Source of the DNA: Candidatus Poseidoniaceae archaeon
GTDB taxonomy: Archaea > Thermoplasmatota > Poseidoniia > Poseidoniales > Poseidoniaceae
Assembly: GCA_024958795.1 (NCBI GenBank)
Contig: JANXHP010000009.1
Location: forward strand, 34,776-98,775
DNA length: 64,000 nucleotides
Reading direction: 5' to 3'
In this document: positions 41,401 through 50,181 of the stretch, piece after piece
Layout: each line of letters opens with the position of its first letter
Position numbering within the stretch: position 1 is the stretch's first letter
Program-made: the position numbers and the translations under genes
The notes under the pieces: model-generated
Told to the model about the DNA's origin: nothing
Seen by the model: only the letters and a program-made list of their open reading frames with translations
The model's database searches: none

Positions 41401-44400
41401 CAGTTCTCCCACATAGATATGTCCTGAAGAATCATATGTTGAACTTGAACCACTACCACCTTCAATTACATATGTATCTGTAAAATCAGGAAGATTGAGT
41501 GATGGCATTGCCATTCTGTGACGTAATTCTACTGCTGCATTCTCTGAGTCAATAGACCAAGTAGTAATGTCTGGCAAGAGGAAATTGTAAGTTTGAGACC
41601 AATTACCCAACTGGTTTGTTGTAGAAATTGCTCTTACTCTCCAATACCATGTAGTACCATTATCTAAATTACTAGAAGGTGTAAAGGTAAGATTGGTTGT
41701 ATCAAAGCCTGTGTCTAACCACGAGGTTACCATCAATAGATCTGGAGAGCTGAAGGATGTGGACTTGTCGATTTGAACTGCCCAACCATCAATACTCATG
41801 CTACCACCGAACGACCAGCCCAATTCTGGACGATGGACTGGTGCTACTTCAATATCAGAAGTAACAGACCAAGAACCATTCAATGGATGAATTGGAACTG
41901 GTTCATTAGGAACTGCATCGGAACCTGGGACATAAACAAAGGAAAGTTGAGGTCGATAACTTGCTGTAGAAGTTGAACCTGGGTATATCATGATATCTCG
42001 GTCAGTACCAGTCCCTACACCAGTTACTCCAATGAGGAAATCTACAGCCCTATCTTCGCGCATTGCATTTTGAACGCCTAATGTTACATTCCATTCAATA
42101 GTATCACCTGCTGAATAGGAGTTGCCAATTGTTAATGAATCGATAAGAGAACCTCTCTCCCAACCCTTAGCACCTGCTGCACCCCAATTATTGACTCCAT
42201 CATATGTGGACCATGTTGCCCCTTCTGCTGTCCAGTTGTGTTGACGGCTTTCCCAAATAGCAACATTTGGTGAACCGCTAGGATAATCAGCCAACTTGAC
42301 ATCTAATTGTGCGGATTCAACTGCGTAACCACTAGGAAGTAGATTAGCTACAAGATTACAATTAAACAAAACACTTGTTTCACTAGGCCAAGTGTTGTAT
42401 GAAATTTGCATTTCGGTTTCACCATCATAATTAGTATTTGGAGAGCCACTGTCAATATATGTATCAGCACATTCTGGATATAGGCCATTGTTTGTACCAT
42501 TTCCATTACTGAGTCTAAATTCGTATCTATCTCCACCCAACCACGTACTAGTCAATCCACTGACTAAGAAATTAGAAGAAGACCATTCTCCTCTTAATCC
42601 ATCATTATCAACGTGTGACATTCTCCAGAAATACATATTTCCAGCGCTTAATTCATCATTTCCAGTCAAGTTGAAAATACCCTGGTTAGAAGTGAAATTA
42701 GAATCGGTTCTAGTATCCAATAGATTTACCCTCTCACGGAAAAATTGGTCCGTTGCTATTTGGAATATTACGTCATATGATGAAGATGAAGTACTAGACC
42801 AAGTGAGAGAAGGCGTCGAATTTCCAGACAGATTGTGACCTACTTGATCCCAAACTGCTTTGCCTTGTTCAGGCCCGGTTAGTGTAGGAGTGCCGATTGT
42901 GGTGTTAGAACTCCAACTATATGTTAATTCAAAATTAGGTTTCTTAGCATCATCACTATTCTCTGAAGAATAGAAATTGATTCCTTGCAATCCACTAGAT
43001 GTATAATCGCCAGTATTACTGCGACCAATCACCATGAAATCCTTAGAACCTGAAGCGCCATCACGTATCCATCCTTGAAGCGCGTCGGTGATTTCAAAGG
43101 ATGTATCTGTTGACGATGATGCCCCATACATTGTGTCGCTGGATGCTGAAAGTAAACCTCTTCCACCATTATCCCAAAGTGTTGAAGAATCTGAGCGCCT
43201 CCAAGTTGTGTCATCTTCAACCCACACACCTTCATTATTTACTTCATGAATAGACAACTCTGGCGAACCAGTTGTTGAAAATCTAGTTAAATTTATTTCC
43301 GCACTTTGTATTGTTGCATTACTATGCAGGCCAATTTGATCCAAATGTAATCTCATATGAACTAATGATTCTTTGTTGGTTGACATTATTACTTCCATTT
43401 TATCATTTGAACCAAATTTCATGTTTATGGAACGTTGGTCAACTTGTGCATCCTCAATGAAATCAGCATTCAGCCCCATATCATCAGCATCAATTTCAAC
43501 TGTCGCAGTACCATCGCCATTATCTGTAACAGTAAGTGATGGCAGTAAGAAATAACTCTCATTCCAATCGCTAAGAGTATCGGTAGAATCCATGGAACGT
43601 ACTCGATAGTAAATTACTGAACCATTAGTAAATTCATCACCACTCGGAACAACAAAACTTCCAGAGCTACTAGTTGTTGAAAATATATCTGCCATTGTAC
43701 TGTAATGCCAAGAAAGGTCTCCAAGCGCCTTGAAGTCTGGATCCACTGATAACTGGAATTCAACACCATCACCTACTAATGAATTGTAGGACAATGTTGG
43801 ATTAGTTTCCGCCTTTAGAATGAAATCTCCACTCATCAATGGCGCACCATCATCAACGAAATCTGCTGTTACACTTCCACCATTACCTGCGGCTGAAGAT
43901 GAAGTGTCCAATATTAGAGATGGTCTGTCTAATATTGTAGTTGAATCATTCATAGCACAGGAATATTCTGCCCCTTCTGATGCAATTAATAGTTCAAGTG
44001 TGTTTTGATTACTGGAAGCCGCTTGCTGTGCAAGAGCAGTTACATTTACCATCATTGTTCCATTCATTGAAGCACGGTGTGGTGGTTCCCAATCACCACG
44101 TTCTGTTGAATCATCAGCACCAGGTGAATTCCACATAATATTTGTTGCAGAATTTAGCCATGTGGCCTCTGTTGCGTTCCATGATGAAGTAATTGCTGCT
44201 GAATAGATTGCGATATCTGTTGAACCGATAACATCACTCCAACACTTCAAACTCAATGTTGCTGAATGGATTGTATCAGTGGAACCAAAACTCATGTTAA
44301 AACTGAACAATAACCGTGTAGGTGAAGTAACACCTCCTTCGAGTGTACCATTTTGTGCCATCTCAAAGTTGTCGTTTGGATAAAAGGAATCAATGTAGGT

Positions 44401-44583
44401 GTCGGCGGAAGGTGAGACATTAGAAATAACTCGATTTATTGAAGGTGAGTTTTCCAATTCTTTCCATTCTGGTACCGCACTTGGTAGCGCTAAATCGGCG
44501 AATAAAAATAGTATAATCAATAATACGGCTACTGAAGTTTGTGGTTTTTTGTCATCGCGCAGCATGGGACTCGTCCCTCTCAC
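35461..44583 (-). CDS. giant type-I membrane surface protein (3040 aa, 9.1 kb single ORF)
   Basis: Signal peptide with hydrophobic core SVAVLLIILFLFADLALP and a beta-rich S/T/N/G ectodomain. TM helix YYVGAFLAAAIGIVLLIVL sits about 115 aa from the C-terminus. The tail has DDEWDEEDEYDDEDDE, then GPTGPAGPAGPAPTPEPEPEPE, then GTEWWEDEAGTWWYRQQGDADWEQWVD. It is 29 bp upstream of the 872-aa gene on the same strand, so the two are probably co-transcribed. Confidence 0.75.
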   Translation of the reverse strand: MRGTSPMLRDDKKPQTSVAVLLIILFLFADLALPSAVPEWKELENSPSINRVISNVSPSADTYIDSFYPNDNFEMAQNGTLEGGVTSPTRLLFSFNMSFGSTDTIHSATLSLKCWSDVIGSTDIAIYSAAITSSWNATEATWLNSATNIMWNSPGADDSTERGDWEPPHRASMNGTMMVNVTALAQQAASSNQNTLELLIASEGAEYSCAMNDSTTILDRPSLILDTSSSAAGNGGSVTADFVDDGAPLMSGDFILKAETNPTLSYNSLVGDGVEFQLSVDPDFKALGDLSWHYSTMADIFSTTSSSGSFVVPSGDEFTNGSVIYYRVRSMDSTDTLSDWNESYFLLPSLTVTDNGDGTATVEIDADDMGLNADFIEDAQVDQRSINMKFGSNDKMEVIMSTNKESLVHMRLHLDQIGLHSNATIQSAEINLTRFSTTGSPELSIHEVNNEGVWVEDDTTWRRSDSSTLWDNGGRGLLSASSDTMYGASSSTDTSFEITDALQGWIRDGASGSKDFMVIGRSNTGDYTSSGLQGINFYSSENSDDAKKPNFELTYSWSSNTTIGTPTLTGPEQGKAVWDQVGHNLSGNSTPSLTWSSTSSSSYDVIFQIATDQFFRERVNLLDTRTDSNFTSNQGIFNLTGNDELSAGNMYFWRMSHVDNDGLRGEWSSSNFLVSGLTSTWLGGDRYEFRLSNGNGTNNGLYPECADTYIDSGSPNTNYDGETEMQISYNTWPSETSVLFNCNLVANLLPSGYAVESAQLDVKLADYPSGSPNVAIWESRQHNWTAEGATWSTYDGVNNWGAAGAKGWERGSLIDSLTIGNSYSAGDTIEWNVTLGVQNAMREDRAVDFLIGVTGVGTGTDRDIMIYPGSTSTASYRPQLSFVYVPGSDAVPNEPVPIHPLNGSWSVTSDIEVAPVHRPELGWSFGGSMSIDGWAVQIDKSTSFSSPDLLMVTSWLDTGFDTTNLTFTPSSNLDNGTTWYWRVRAISTTNQLGNWSQTYNFLLPDITTWSIDSENAAVELRHRMAMPSLNLPDFTDTYVIEGGSGSSSTYDSSGHIYVGELSTGYQSAGLIKIPLNELPTPSNARITGAELNLYSIFGSAIDEPLAIRPVLQNWNADANDTTYDGINNWSLPGGRNISTDIGNYVDIQDSVSADWMTWDVTEAVQAAQAAGSSELSLMIYASSTVTQDYVQFISTDSTSSDKPWLNLTWTNGTASIPTVAGSNTGPYNNMISWNTSSHAAIPEYKPTMSWTHTNSANIDNWRIHIMADANDDMEGLTTYDSRTQPQLFDLTNLTFTPGIDITHTREVRWMVQPVVDGMLGPRSTSTAFHIPEEKSGEVDSTTAWISLQEGAYVEPLGYPALSEDTYLDSGNRFNSFGNTATMYVGRSPLSNNHYANSLISFDIGVLPMPSIYEIQNATLEMTVASGSGSVYTSVSVMNTNWNEYSQWAASSATVNWIAPGAHQSGDSDIPFSEGEWISSSTDTVSWNLTAAIQAAIHNGQSTISLILQGEDDGTTAMGSYALHSSESTDVDSRPRINFTYSEQAPWIPSASTGLSPAFGATLWNTSTPRPSGLSEVVLNWTGLQNNETRWFSCGSDDPRMLFATCNGMNDLNGTDSAFNSTSNTLTIFNNTFDDAWTYWRVRADQNNRIGEWSDVHSYRTPDSIGYDDGSGNHTVILSRGSIFTDSGLLPDVPDVELESTVTSNQGSSTTLDLGTTSSGTGESRILLEFELGDIPWPAAMTPTSMVLKLWREQVIGTTSSTISAHACSSFSESSATWNNAPSCSTSELTRTTLTLMPPNGWYEFDLTSLAQSNIANGNMTMSVMLKVVGTPGTTHRFFSSDYSTNESRRPQLVLDYVDNTAGIIPPGQPSLQFPLDGSVLYDSSEIILQSQSNPVLSWNTVTGASGYIVTIANSTGVYKYKSWESSYINGTTFRFNNVLDAGDVFSWWVQGVNQTIPGPSSPRWSFAIGDPSHTDNQDLTFTYDFQTGNEVLQFGHTNIRDGTLSEANPSINQGDVDFLSIGTGCDSVANAKCRAIIGLDNSQIPFAPFQNIHSASLGLYIASISASGGASTLDISVHRMISSGWSQSASSWNQSTPGTNWSSPGLQAGVDYDVTAITTMTLPSTATGWIWFDIGVNGMLIDNDNQWILIATPNAGDLTLDMYSSEYMTASMRPIIQLNTTNVSSITVSPTAPTTDADTTYSFSHQAYNHQALQISAPVTWSSSDGSMDSFGLFTPRGVGTHTITACFGLICTSESITVTPGSPTTLDVTPLTGQITSDESLEITAAVVDQFGNVVAGELITFSTSNGTMGGVNGNIYYPFASGAQTVTVTWGTQSVYVQIAVGNGIPSYFELSGCEGVVPAGEWCDITHTLYDQFGNVLNETHAGLLSWSTNDGNYSELNNQYFPDHLGTWTLSLTSVSGASAEINITVGHGEMQSLELAISSTEITADERVYINTTRIDVRGNRLTVVLPSENWTKIADGQLSAGAPAIWDPVTRGAKLLQAKYESVYAEITITVSEGAINTLVLIVDSEDASWQMMPLTADETLEVKVKAIDAKGNRWTITANWSISHAFWNDQSVLEQLVNDQTTFVPYHASESPYTITAAYYDGNMIHEISINATVSHGVLTNIDLSSISSDDETSGTYDLTSDDWIEFAVELYDDDQNPIDTNILRWLIIAESSGEETDITDTLLANNMRWQASSIGNYTIKATNLSDSGYEVSDYVSITIHHGQAVSLHATEDANTATAGYEITIAITGTDSDGNTFPQNVEWQENNGVAHDINSTSVEGVYTYLARIEGPHILTYSSSLTVSNEIELAVSAKRIVAHLKVELSSEVIEQLGEFTVSVTAYDEYWNEIPVPPSTLVDSTGRAEVLNQGDGVWRIITLDEGSQSITVNSGQVNEERTFTVTGTLEGFFEAGGILYYVGAFLAAAIGIVLLIVLKMVLTGNDDEWDEEDEYDDEDDEPIAERRKPTRGGGAGPTGPAGPAGPAPTPEPEPEPEQTDFTKDESYRVDDEGTEWWEDEAGTWWYRQQGDADWEQWVD

Positions 44584-44644
44584 TTCGTCCCCGTTATACT
44601 GTCTTTTCCCTAATTGTTCATGAAATTAGGCTCAGAAGAAGATA

Positions 44645-44662
44645 TTCTCCCTACGGGAGAGT
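44645..44662. promoter_or_regulatory. inverted repeat (TCTCCC-tac-GGGAGA) in the divergent promoter between the giant gene and rfcS
   Basis: Read directly. It sits in the 153-bp divergent intergenic region. Confidence 0.25.
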
Positions 44663-44769
44663 TTTCATAACCAATATCAAAAAATACGATATTTGTTCCA
44701 ACATCTATTCATTGATTTCAATTCAATATCAAGCCAATGTTGAAGGAGGCTCGCCACAGGGAGATACCT

Positions 44770-45729
44770 ATGAGCGACTTATGGGTTGAAAAGCACCGCC
44801 CGCAATCAGTTCATGAAATCCGCGGACAGTTGCCCGTAGTGCAACGATTAACAATCTATTCTAAGAACAAAGAATTCCCACATTTGCTATTCGCAGGCCC
44901 TCCAGGAACTGGAAAGACCACCGCTGCCATGGCCCTGACCAAAGATGTGTTCGGAGAAGATTATAGGCAGAATTTACTAGAAATGAATGCTTCGGATGAA
45001 AGAAAATTAGAGAGCATTAGAACCAAAGTAAAACAATTCGCAAGAACTGCTCCCTATGGCAGTGCGAATTTCAAGATAATTTTCCTTGATGAGGCTGATG
45101 CATTGACCAATGATGCACAAGGAGCCTTACGCAGAATAATGGAACAATATGCCCAAACCTGTAGGTTTATTTTATCATGTAATTACTCTTCAAAAATCAT
45201 TGAACCGATTCAATCTAGATGTGCAGTTTTTAGATTCCGCCCACTGGCAGATTCCGCAGTAAAGAATCAAGTAATTCATGTCGCAAAAGAAGAAAAAGTA
45301 AATCTCACCGATGATGCTGCAGAAGCATTGACAAGAATTAGTCAAGGTGACCTTAGAAAAGCGATTACTGCTCTACAGGTTGCTGCTGCATTGGACAATG
45401 ATATTACAAGAGAATTGATCTATGAAACTTCTGCTACTGCACCACCTGAAGCACTGCATCAATATTTGATGGCATGTAGAGATGATGGATTCCATGCAGC
45501 AAGAAGAAGACTGAAAGAATTACTTGACAAATATGGGCTAGCTGGAACTGATTTTGTCAACCAATTACATCGTGAATTATATGCCGCTGATTTCCTTAGT
45601 GAGTCGGCGAAGTTAGATTTAACTGAATGGATGGCTGAAGTCGATTATCGATTGGTTGAAGGTGGAGGAGAACATATCCAACTCGATGCTTTAACCGCCC
45701 GATTTGTCACACATTTGAAAAAGGAATAA
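44770..45729 (+). CDS. rfcS: replication factor C small subunit
   Basis: WVEKHRPQSVHEIRGQ (RFC box II), Walker A FAGPPGTGKTT, DEAD and the SRC motif. No intein. The start is set at MSDLWVEKHRP. Confidence 0.9.
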   Translation: MSDLWVEKHRPQSVHEIRGQLPVVQRLTIYSKNKEFPHLLFAGPPGTGKTTAAMALTKDVFGEDYRQNLLEMNASDERKLESIRTKVKQFARTAPYGSANFKIIFLDEADALTNDAQGALRRIMEQYAQTCRFILSCNYSSKIIEPIQSRCAVFRFRPLADSAVKNQVIHVAKEEKVNLTDDAAEALTRISQGDLRKAITALQVAAALDNDITRELIYETSATAPPEALHQYLMACRDDGFHAARRRLKELLDKYGLAGTDFVNQLHRELYAADFLSESAKLDLTEWMAEVDYRLVEGGGEHIQLDALTARFVTHLKKE

Positions 45730-45976
45730 TTGATTTTTTTCACTTTCACCTTTCCAATGAGGGGTGTAGAAAAATGACTGGTATCAAATCCTTACAGTAA
45801 GGGTGTATGAGAGTTAGACAACACCTAGTAGATGCTGCATGTTGGACGCCAATTGCTCCAATAATTCGCAAATACCGAATCTCCAAATTGATAAAAACTA
45901 CGAATGAAAAAAGAGATATTAAGAAAATATCAATCATATTGAGTGCGATAATGGCGGCTCATTCAGACTTACTTTC

Positions 45977-46894
45977 TTAGTCTTGAATGATTTCCTTTAC
46001 GATGATTAAATTCCAGTTGTAAGTTCTATGATTTATCCAAGGGTCACCTTGTTCAGTTATCTCAACAGATATTGAATGTTTACCCTCTGGAAGTTCAGCC
46101 CCTAATAGAATTGCAAAGGGTTGGTCATTACTGCCGTGAGGGAAGAAATTTGGAATTGATTTGTTTGTCGTTGTTGTTGAATTTAATAATCGTTGTTTGT
46201 TATCAGTCCAAAAAGAATCTGTTGCTGAAATTTCCCGGCTTCCATTATTGTTGGTAAGTGTTACAATTACTTCGGCTCCATCGGAATTTACATTGTCTGC
46301 TAATCCAAATAACAACCAAACTTGACCGTTCAATTTTCCATTAGAGTCAACTGTCCAAGTGATGGTATCTTTCTTAGTTCCATCATCAAATAACAACTCA
46401 ACGCCATCATCGGTTGCAATTGACCATTCGTTTGACAACTGAGGTGCAACAATGTCTCCAAGTGGTGGATTTACCAGTAAAAATGCCATTGCTAAAAATG
46501 TAAATGTATGCAAAAAACCACCCTTTACCCAAGTTCCTTTAGTGTAATGCTCAAGGAATTTTTCTGGTAATATTGTACGATGAATTTGTGGAATTAGTAT
46601 CATCGCTGTTAGAGGAAGAAGATACAAAATATCTGTTTTTTCATCGGAAGTATTTGGCATCAATACATAGCGCATTAGAAGTGATATTATTGTGGTAAAG
46701 GTGAGAACAAGCCACATTGAAACTGTGTCTGCCTTTTCTTTCTCAGCATATTTGGCAGGGTCAAAGGCCTCCAATCCAAGATCCGAACCACTGCGGCGAA
46801 TTTTCTTTTCTTTTTCCTCCCCCTCTGCACGCTTTCGACGCTCTGTTGCAGCCGCCGCCATCGCAGTGTTTAGGTCCACCATATTGACGGGCAA
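45977..46894 (-). CDS. hypothetical membrane protein with an extracytoplasmic beta-rich domain
   Basis: A basic N-terminus, about 3 TM helices and an N/T-rich C-terminal domain. Confidence 0.35.
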   Translation of the reverse strand: MPVNMVDLNTAMAAAATERRKRAEGEEKEKKIRRSGSDLGLEAFDPAKYAEKEKADTVSMWLVLTFTTIISLLMRYVLMPNTSDEKTDILYLLPLTAMILIPQIHRTILPEKFLEHYTKGTWVKGGFLHTFTFLAMAFLLVNPPLGDIVAPQLSNEWSIATDDGVELLFDDGTKKDTITWTVDSNGKLNGQVWLLFGLADNVNSDGAEVIVTLTNNNGSREISATDSFWTDNKQRLLNSTTTTNKSIPNFFPHGSNDQPFAILLGAELPEGKHSISVEITEQGDPWINHRTYNWNLIIVKEIIQD

Positions 46895-46981
46895 AAGTTG
46901 GCAGTGAATAAAGGCTACAATGGACTACTCATCTCTTACGAGCCGTATCATTCAAAGGGAGAGTGCTTCACGACGGGGTAA

Positions 46982-47115
46982 GCCGGGGTGGCGTAGTTGG
47001 TGGCGCGTCGGACTCATAGGGCAGCCTACAAGGCAATCGTATGACGTGCAAACAATCCCATTGTGGTGTCTGAGACATCCGAAGGTCGCGGGTTCAAGCC
47101 CCGCTCCCGGCACCA
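46982..47115 (+). tRNA. elongator tRNA-Met (CAT) with a 58-nt intron at 37/38 (47019..47076) and genomically encoded CCA
   Basis: Acceptor GCCGGGG/TCCCGGC, D-arm GCGT/GGCG, anticodon stem TCGGA/TCCGA with loop CTCATA|A, variable loop AGGTC, T-arm GCGGG-TTCAAGC-CCCGC, then ACCA. G1:C72 and the absence of a GGG/CCC anticodon stem mark it as elongator, not initiator. Confidence 0.8.
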
Positions 47116-47189
47116 ATTAGAATTTTTTATTTTTGACTAGGAAATTTATAATTCAAATCATCTATTGACAAGTATTAGATTCCGATGTC

Positions 47190-48578
47190 TTGATGTGCCT
47201 TCACTTGATGGAGGGATTCATGGTTGATATGCCTGATGCTGGTAGTCGAGTCCTCGTGGAGGTGGAAAGTCTCAATGGCTCCACCTCGATTGAGGGAATC
47301 GTTTTACCTGCAGCATCTGCTGGCCACATTACAATAAAATTGGTAAATGGATATAATGCCAGTTATTCTATTGATTCAATTTCCAGTTTGGAAATTGTTG
47401 AAACTGCTGCTGAACAACCTGCAACGGGAGAGTCTCCTCAGACAACAAATAATGAATCATTACCGACTGTAAGAATTCTGCACACAGGCGGTACAATTGC
47501 AAGTAAAGTAGATTATGCAACCGGTGCTGTAGTCGCAAGATTTGAACCTGATGAATTGATTTCATCGATACCAGAACTAAACAATATTGCAAATATTCAA
47601 GCGATAAAATTGGGTAATATGTTTTCAGATGATATGAGGCCTCAGCACTGGAATAAGATTGCGGAAGCATCAAGGCAAGCTTTTGCTGATGGTGTTGATG
47701 GAGTTGTTATTACTCAAGGAACAGATACCCTACACTACACCGCCGCAGCTCTATCATTTTCATGGGCTGGGTCTGGTGGAAAAAGCCCGAGACCTATTGC
47801 CATTGTTGGCTCGCAACGCTCAAGCGATAGAGGTTCTTCTGATGCGGCTGAAAACCTACTTGCTGCAGTGCATTGGGCTGCAAATGCGCCCTCTCCAATC
47901 GGTGGAGCAGGTGATTCAGTAGTAGTGGTAATGCACACCAGTTCAAATGATGGAGAATGTTCAGTTCATCCTGGAATTGGTGTAAGAAAAATGCATTCGA
48001 CGCGTAGAGATGCATTCAAGGGAATAAATACACAACCTCTTGCAATAATCAGTGCTAATAATGGTAAGCCATCTCATCAATTGAGTGAAACTTATGCCGC
48101 TGAAATAGAATTACCAAATGAAAGGATAGTAACTTCAACACCTGATAAATTTGAACCTCAAATTCGTATTCCTCAATTCATTGCAGGACCTTGGTTGGTC
48201 TCTGAACATATTGATGCAATCATGAATATTGGTTGCCAAGCGATCGTAATACATGGTACCGGTTTAGGCCACCTTCCGATAGATGACCCTGAAGGCGATG
48301 CTCCCGAAAATACATTGGTTTGGCGAAGTATTACTAGAGCAGTAAATCGCGAAGTTCCTGTAGTAATTGTTAATCAATGTATTAGTGGGCCTGTTGATAT
48401 GAATGTATATTCAAAAGGACGAAAGCAAATGGAAATGGGTATATTGGGTCATGGTATTATAGCACCACCTGAAACTGTTGTTGCAAAAATACACTGGGCA
48501 CTTTCTAATGGTAAAAATATCAATTCAATTATCGCCGCTGATTTATGTGGAGAGGGACGCGCAACCCTAATGGAATGA
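47190..48578 (+). CDS. gatD: Glu-tRNA(Gln) amidotransferase subunit D (asparaginase-fold); the exact start is uncertain
   Basis: An N-terminal extra domain of about 90 aa is followed by the asparaginase motifs ILHTGGTIASK and HGTGLGH. The length fits GatD better than a plain asparaginase. Confidence 0.65.
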   Translation: MMCLHLMEGFMVDMPDAGSRVLVEVESLNGSTSIEGIVLPAASAGHITIKLVNGYNASYSIDSISSLEIVETAAEQPATGESPQTTNNESLPTVRILHTGGTIASKVDYATGAVVARFEPDELISSIPELNNIANIQAIKLGNMFSDDMRPQHWNKIAEASRQAFADGVDGVVITQGTDTLHYTAAALSFSWAGSGGKSPRPIAIVGSQRSSDRGSSDAAENLLAAVHWAANAPSPIGGAGDSVVVVMHTSSNDGECSVHPGIGVRKMHSTRRDAFKGINTQPLAIISANNGKPSHQLSETYAAEIELPNERIVTSTPDKFEPQIRIPQFIAGPWLVSEHIDAIMNIGCQAIVIHGTGLGHLPIDDPEGDAPENTLVWRSITRAVNREVPVVIVNQCISGPVDMNVYSKGRKQMEMGILGHGIIAPPETVVAKIHWALSNGKNINSIIAADLCGEGRATLME

Positions 48579-48615
48579 GCGCACCAATCAAGAACTGGCA
48601 ACGGATGGGGTAAAT

Positions 48616-50178
48616 ATGGCAGAGAAGCAGAGCGAGGCTGTTGTCAATTTGCGCAGTATGCGTGAAAAGTCTCGCTTAGGAGGCGGTCTAAAGGCTCAAG
48701 AGGCAATTCGTGTCTCTGGAAGGGGTACTGCTAGAGATAGAATTAGTATGCTTCTAGATGAAGACTCCTTCGTCGAAATAGACGCATTTGTCACTCACCG
48801 TACTACTGATCATGGAATGTTTATGCATCATACTCTTGGAGATGGAGTTGTTGCTGGACATGGAACGATAAATGGAAGGCGAGTATTCTGTTTTTCTCAA
48901 GACTTTAGCGTTCATGGAGGTAGCATGGGTGAAATGCATGCTAAGAAAATTGCTAAAATTGTAGAAATGGCAGACAAGGCAAAAACTCCAATCATTGGTA
49001 TGTGGGATGGGGGAGGTCAAAGGGCTCAAGATGGAGTCAATGGCCTAGCTGGAACTGGAGAATTGTTAGACCGTTTGGTTCAATGTAGTGGACGGATTCC
49101 AATGATTAGTTTGGTGCTAGGACCAGTTGTTGGTGTATCTGCTCTCGCTGCAAGTTTGGCAGATTTTACAATTCTTGGTGAAGAGCATGGACAATTATTC
49201 CTCTCATCACCGATTGAAACACCTGAAGTCATTTGTGGAGAAGTGGATGCTGCTGGATTAGGCGGAGCAACTTTACACGCTTCTCGTTCTGGAATTGCTT
49301 GTCAAATTGCAAGTGATGAAGAGGATGCTTGTTTGTTAGCAACTGAGATTCTATCTTATCTTCCCGACAATTGTATGTCCGATGCTCCATTAGAAGAAAC
49401 TGCAGATCCAATAACAAGACTAAACACTAGTCTAGAAACACTTGTACCCGATAATCCAAACAAACCATATGATATGGTCAAGGTAATTGAAGAAGTTGTT
49501 GATGATGGGATTTTTGTTGAATTGTTTGAAGCATATGCAGATAATATCATCATCGGTTTTGCACGATTGAATGGTATGCCAATTGGCGTTGTTGGAAATC
49601 AACCTAAGGTCTTAGCAGGATGTTTAGATATTGATGCTTCAATTAAAGCCGCTCGCTTCATTAGAACTTGTGATGCTTTCAATATCCCATTGGTCACTTT
49701 TGAAGATGTACCGGGATTCCTTCCAGGTGTAGTTCAAGAATGGGGTGGAATTATTAGGCACGGGGCAAAGTTACTATTCGCATATGCTGAAGCTACTGTT
49801 CCTAAACTTACATTGATAATAAGAAAAGCATACGGAGGAGCATATTTAGCAATGTCTTGTAAGCACCTACAGAGCGATTATAACGTTGCTTGGCCGACTG
49901 CAGAATTGGCGGTGATGGGTGCTGAAGGTGCAGTAAATGTCATCCATCGCAGAGAAATAAACGCAGTGGATGACGAACATAAGGAAGAAGTTCGCCTTCG
50001 TCTAGTCGCCGAATATAAGAACAAATTCGGAGACCCATATGTCGCTGCTCGAAATGGATGGTTAGATGATGTCATTGAACCTGAGGAATCAAGGATGCGT
50101 TTGTGCCGTGCATTGAATATTGTCAAATCTAAACGCGAGTGGTCTCCTCCTAAGAAGCATGGTAATATTCCATTATGA
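48616..50178 (+). CDS. acyl-CoA carboxylase carboxyltransferase subunit (methylmalonyl-/propionyl-CoA carboxyltransferase beta)
   Basis: Tandem crotonase-like CT domains. Conserved SMGEMHAKKIAKIVEMA and GGAYLAMS blocks. Confidence 0.8.
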   Translation: MAEKQSEAVVNLRSMREKSRLGGGLKAQEAIRVSGRGTARDRISMLLDEDSFVEIDAFVTHRTTDHGMFMHHTLGDGVVAGHGTINGRRVFCFSQDFSVHGGSMGEMHAKKIAKIVEMADKAKTPIIGMWDGGGQRAQDGVNGLAGTGELLDRLVQCSGRIPMISLVLGPVVGVSALAASLADFTILGEEHGQLFLSSPIETPEVICGEVDAAGLGGATLHASRSGIACQIASDEEDACLLATEILSYLPDNCMSDAPLEETADPITRLNTSLETLVPDNPNKPYDMVKVIEEVVDDGIFVELFEAYADNIIIGFARLNGMPIGVVGNQPKVLAGCLDIDASIKAARFIRTCDAFNIPLVTFEDVPGFLPGVVQEWGGIIRHGAKLLFAYAEATVPKLTLIIRKAYGGAYLAMSCKHLQSDYNVAWPTAELAVMGAEGAVNVIHRREINAVDDEHKEEVRLRLVAEYKNKFGDPYVAARNGWLDDVIEPEESRMRLCRALNIVKSKREWSPPKKHGNIPL

Positions 50179-50181
50179 GAA

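Noticed and set aside
45746-45937. 63-aa minus-strand ORF in the rfcS / 305-aa-gene convergent gap
   Set aside because: Its composition is hydrophobic, Cys-containing and AT-driven. There is no motif and no good start context. The region is more likely a 3' UTR or terminator.
46920-47120. 66-aa plus-strand ORF in the six-frame track
   Set aside because: It lies entirely inside the intron-containing tRNA-Met gene. It is a translation artefact of structured RNA.
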